A stretch of DNA of 64,000 nucleotides from Magallana gigas. Taxonomy: Eukaryota. A program made the position numbers and the translations under genes. Of this stretch, positions 59,701 to 64,000 are shown piece by piece (the stretch's first letter is position 1; the number at the start of each line of letters is the position of its first letter). The notes beneath the pieces were generated by a model. The model worked only from the letters and a program-made list of their open reading frames with translations, searched no databases and was not told where the DNA came from. The stretch spans positions 58,280,001 to 58,344,000 of the forward strand of contig NC_088855.1 of assembly GCF_963853765.1 (NCBI RefSeq), read 5' to 3'.

Positions 59701-62700
59701 ATACCTGTAAACTTTTTATGCAATGAAAATAAGAAATAAGAAAAGGGGCGAGTGTACCAGTTTTTCACATTAATTAAGAGTTTCTTTTTATTTTTTAATG
59801 AGTTTTTTAAATTCTATAACAATGTCGTTAATTATAAGAATTTATCAAACAAGCTTAGGTAAAGAGTGGCCTACTCCTGACGATAGTCGGAAAACGGAAA
59901 TACTGCGCCATCTCGCACCTGCTTTGAATTGGTTTTAGGACGAATAATTAACTCCATGTACAATGTAATGTTTACTACTGTATACCTTACCTGGGACTGT
60001 GTTGTCCAGCAGGAACCCGACCACGCCCCCAACAAACATGGAGGTACTCAGTAACACAACAATCACCTGATCCGCCTCTCTGTTACCTGGGGAAAACCAA
60101 TTATAATGATGTCACACTACGTGTATACACTGTTCTAAATATGGTTAAATCTAATGTAACATAGTTATGTATTCGCCATTGCGAATTAAATGCTTGATAC
60201 CTGTATTTATGACACCTTTCCTTTTCTCGAGATAACTTGGGATCATAAGCCCTAGTAATAGGGATAATCCTATTATACACAGGTTTCGACCCGATGACAA
60301 ATTAACGAATTGTAGGCTGGAAAGTCCTACGGAAGTAACCATTCCAAAACTAATGACAACGATTCCACCCAACACCGGCTTGGGCATCATTGTCAACAAC
60401 GCGCCAAATTTTCCAAATATCCCACAGAGAAGGAAGATAATCCCTGCCGCTTGAAAAACTCTTCTACTTGCAATCTGTTGAGTTGAGATCATTGCATTCA
60501 ATTATTATATGTTTTGCAATATGTAATAAAATTATTACTATTTCTTAACGTCATTTTATATTTATACCTTGTGCGTAATGTATTTACTATGTTTATTATA
60601 ATATTTTCACACCTTTGTGAATCCAATGGCGCCGACATTTTGACTGTACGATGTTGTCGCGCCCCCTGATCCTACAGCTCCGGATATAAGGCTGCCAAAA
60701 CCTTCTATAGCAATGCCCCTGTTCACAGCATGCGCAGGCGGTGGTGATTCGCCGGATATTCTTGCACATGCGTAGTAATCTCCGACGGATTCTATGATGG
60801 ACGTCAGTGTGGCCGCCATCATTCCCATGTAGCTCGCCGCACTGAGTGTCGGCATCCCCCACTGACCTATTCCAACGACCGAACAAAGACACCGCTATAA
60901 TCACTATATACACAAATATCCATATTTCTGTCTTTGTCGGTGATAACATTTCAAATCAATTTTGAAGCCTATAGCCCAATATTTACATTTTCTACTGTCT
61001 TTGTCAGTGATAACATTACGGATCCTTTTTGAAGCCTAAACCCCGATAATTTCATAAAAGATAAGGGACAAAAAATGGGCGTGTCTTTTAGCATAACCAA
61101 AAAAACGATATTGGCTGCGCCGCGTAGTAATACATAATATGTGCTACTTGAAAAAAATACTCACTTTAATTTATGTTTAAAAAGTGTAGAAATTGGAAAT
61201 ATTGTACATAAATATAAGTAATACGGAATCATTCTTTTAATTTTATGAGGTGATAATTTTGGTTGGAGCGTGGTCAAATCTATAATAAAGCCCGTCAGGC
61301 TTTATGGATTTGACCAATCCCCGACTAAAATTATCACCTCATAATACTCTTATTCCTTGAATACCGGTACATATCCAACTAGTCCCCGTTACTGATAGTA
61401 ACTGTGTGTACTTGGGTACTTGGCGTTGTGTAAGACGCGGACGCGTACTGATAATAACTGTGTGTACCTGAGTACTTGGCGTTGTGTAAGACGCGGACGC
61501 TTACTGATAATAACTGTGTGTTCCTTGGTACTTGGCGTTCTGTAAGACGCGGACGCTTACTGATAATTATTGTGTGTACCTGGGTACTTGGCGTTGTGTA
61601 AGACGCGGACGCTTACTGATAATAACTGTGTGTACCTGGGTACTTGGCGTTGTGTAAGACGCGGACGCTTACTGATAATAACTGTGTGTACCTTGGTACT
61701 TGGCGTTCTGTAAGAAGCGGACGCTTACTGATAATTATTGTGTGTATCTGGGTACTTGGCGTTGTGTAAGACGCGGACGCTTACTGATAATAACTGTGTG
61801 TACCTGGGTACGGGAAGAAGAACCACTTTGCGTTCTGTAAGACGCGGACGCTGGCGTCCGTTCTGGCGTGGTAGTCCAGGTCTTTGGGGTTGTCAGAGAA
61901 GACGTTGGCCGCCGTCAGAATCCCACACACCATCCAGGACAATAGCACCGCTAGGATAACCTGATATATAGGTCTGGTATCGTTAGATGTTAGGATAAAA
62001 TGTAGGACAATAGCATCGTCAGGATAACCTGACATATAGGTCTGGTAACGTTAGGGGTCAGGATAAAATATAATCGGTATAGACTATACAAGTGCACGAG
62101 TTTCCATAGAGTTGTCATTTCTCATTTCATAAACCAAACAAAAAACCACACAATCCATACTATGTTCTGTTAGTTTTACATCATGTTCAATTTAATACCG
62201 TAATATGCTCAACTATTGTCATTGTCTATTGTCGTTGGTTTTCAATCAATTTTTGTCAGAATGCAGTGACTTGGTACTGGTCAATCCCGAACGTGTTACA
62301 CTACATAACTCGGCCATAATAAAATAAATGAACTACGAAAGGCAAAGCGAGATAACTCTTGCATTGGTACCTGCCTTCCGGGAGAACAATAGGACGGGTC
62401 ACGTGTCTTGATGTACCTAAATTGACAGAGACCAAAACCACTCGAGGAAACTATAGAATTTCACTAACCGGAAGTAGTTTGAATGCTGGGTAGTTGATCC
62501 TCACACATCCTTCCTTTCTGCGGTAGACCATCATTGGAATGGTGATGTTACCGAGATAGAGGGAGAATAGAACTACAAGGAACAGGGTCCTACAACAAAA
62601 GAAGCCAACTAACTAAACTTCCCTGGCCAAGTGTTTCAAATCAGCCACGACCAGACTAATTAGCTAATCGCAAAGATGTCAACCTTATTCAAGGCCTTGA

Positions 62701-64000
62701 AGATGAATTCAATGACTATTCAATCTCTGCAACCTTAAGCATCAAAATTCAGAAGTAAAACTGTGCCACTCGTGGGAAAAGTGGATAACAATCATCGCGA
62801 TAGTCTTTTTACCATCTTTCCGGAGATCAACAGTTCTACATCTAAGGATTTAACTTGTACATTTAGTTGTAATTGTATATATAGGTTTATAATGTAATTT
62901 TATAATAAGAGTAAATAGGTTAGGGCGGTCTTACAGCGCCGCTATCCCCCACTGGGTCTCACAGAACTGGATGGACACGTTGATCAGAGACAGCCCCACC
63001 AGTGTGATTGTAGGAACGATTGTCATTGGTCCAATAAACCTCAGCAGCCAGCCCAGCAGACCCGTGGCACCAATCAACACTTGGGTTAGAGACGCCAGCA
63101 TGATTCCACCCTGAATCTAAATAAAAATATATTTACAGTGAAATTGGGCGGTACTGGTGTTGATTCTACTTTCTAGAATATCATTGGCTATAAACAATAT
63201 ATTATAATAAATCTGCTATAATTTAAACTTTCATTATAAGACTTTAACTAAGTGATGATTATTCCAAGTACAAGAAGAAAAGAATCGTGCACAATTGTTC
63301 ATAAAGTGAAACATTTTTTTGAATTGGATGACAATACATTATTTTAGGATTACTTGCGCTTCAATAGTATTTCTAAACACAACTATGACAAGAGTTTACA
63401 AACATTCATGTCACTGTCTTTGAAATAGTAAATTTCTAACGCAAAAATGCATGGAATTTTCAAAGAGATGTAGAATTTCCGTTTAAAATACCAAATACAG
63501 AACAAAGGAATGGTAAACATGGTTTAAGGTATCAACCATTTACATTCTCTGCCTTCCCACCGCCTCGCCACCCACACTCACCCTCGCCTTCCCCACTCAC
63601 CTCTCTGAGTCGTGACTGCCAGACCTCTGTGGGGTCGGAATAAGGTACCGTATTGTTACTGCTGCCATTGGTCGAATTCATGTTTGCTGCCGTAACTAAA
63701 ATCACAAGTATAAATTTCCAGATAGTGCTTAGATTTACATGGATATAAAACGAACCTTTGTCATAAAAATGTTTAATTTTTGGGTCACAGAGAATGAAAA
63801 ATTAAAATCCCTTACCTCATATCAAACAGAGTTCAGATTTACAAAGAATTTGGTTGTAAAAGAATAGTGACCACTTCCCTTAAAATTGGGTTTGGAACGG
63901 CAATTCTGGTTAACAAATGAACAATTGGAAAAATTAGGGCACAAACCCTTCATATCCGGGCACTTCCACATCGGGAGACTCATGAGGGCGGCAATGGCGG
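56777..64000 (-). CDS. SLC23 / nucleobase-ascorbate transporter (NAT) family protein; 5' end lies outside the window
   Basis: Exons beyond 64000-63947, 63695-63601, 63116-62935, 62589-62469, 61960-61804, 60866-60613 (NAT motif [10 protein letters not shown]), 60474-60201, 60086-59991 (FLLDNTVPG) and 56985-56777 (GTHEERG..YDLP..PFLPSF, stop); phases are consistent. Confidence 0.94.
58149..58889 (+). CDS. Neuronal calcium sensor (neurocalcin/hippocalcin-like), 187 aa, nested in the last SLC23 intron
   Basis: Exons 58149-58526 and 58704-58889; MGKQNSKL myristoylation motif; CPKG in EF1; EF loops [24 protein letters not shown] and [12 protein letters not shown]. Confidence 0.95.
61222..61358. 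mobile_element. Imperfect palindrome, second copy of the 27568-27714 family
   Basis: GGAATCATTC..TATGAGGTGATAATTT..AAAGCCCGTCAGGCTTTAT..AAATTATCACCTCATAAT..ATTCC. Confidence 0.7.
61385..61855. repeat. 56-bp minisatellite, about 7-8 copies, derived from an SLC23 exon end plus donor
   Basis: Minus-strand unit GCGTCCGCGTCTTACACAACGCCAAG-TACCCAG|GTACACACAGTTATTATCAGTAA; period 56 (61561, 61617). Confidence 0.93.
61935..62070. repeat. 68-bp tandem duplication of an SLC23 acceptor junction
   Basis: GGATAACCTGAYATATAGGTCTGGTA at 61954 and 62022. Confidence 0.85.

Noticed and set aside
59562-59704. Possible alternative terminal SLC23 exon (TTTACAG|GT ATG CTT...) that would end before the nested NCS gene
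   Set aside because: Phase-compatible, but the peptide is AT-rich and unlike the family C-terminus, and a conserved terminal exon exists at 56985-56777. It cannot be supported without RNA data.

Overview
Eukaryotic, intron-rich, AT-rich genomic DNA, most likely a bivalve (oyster-like; inferred from repeat architecture and gene content, not from a database search). Gene order: a decayed APE-RT LINE carrying nested DNA insertions (7-5878), the 3' exons of a Spire actin nucleator (+), a complete 16-exon VAC14 (-) with two minor-spliceosome (U12) introns, a 4-exon MARVEL-type membrane protein (+) head-to-head with VAC14, two tandem AQP4-like aquaporins (-), an intronless NHL/beta-propeller ORF (+) tail-to-tail with aquaporin B, and the 3' part of an SLC23/NAT transporter (-) whose last intron contains a neuronal calcium sensor gene (+). 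Several MITE families and one 129-nt N gap are present. The most striking signal is that nearly every long tandem array is built from, and anchored at, a real exon-intron junction. About ten cases occur in four genes, from 2-3 copies to about 110 copies, so arrays of decoy splice sites extend into the intron. All exon coordinates were derived by hand from GT/AG signals, phase continuity and recalled family similarity.
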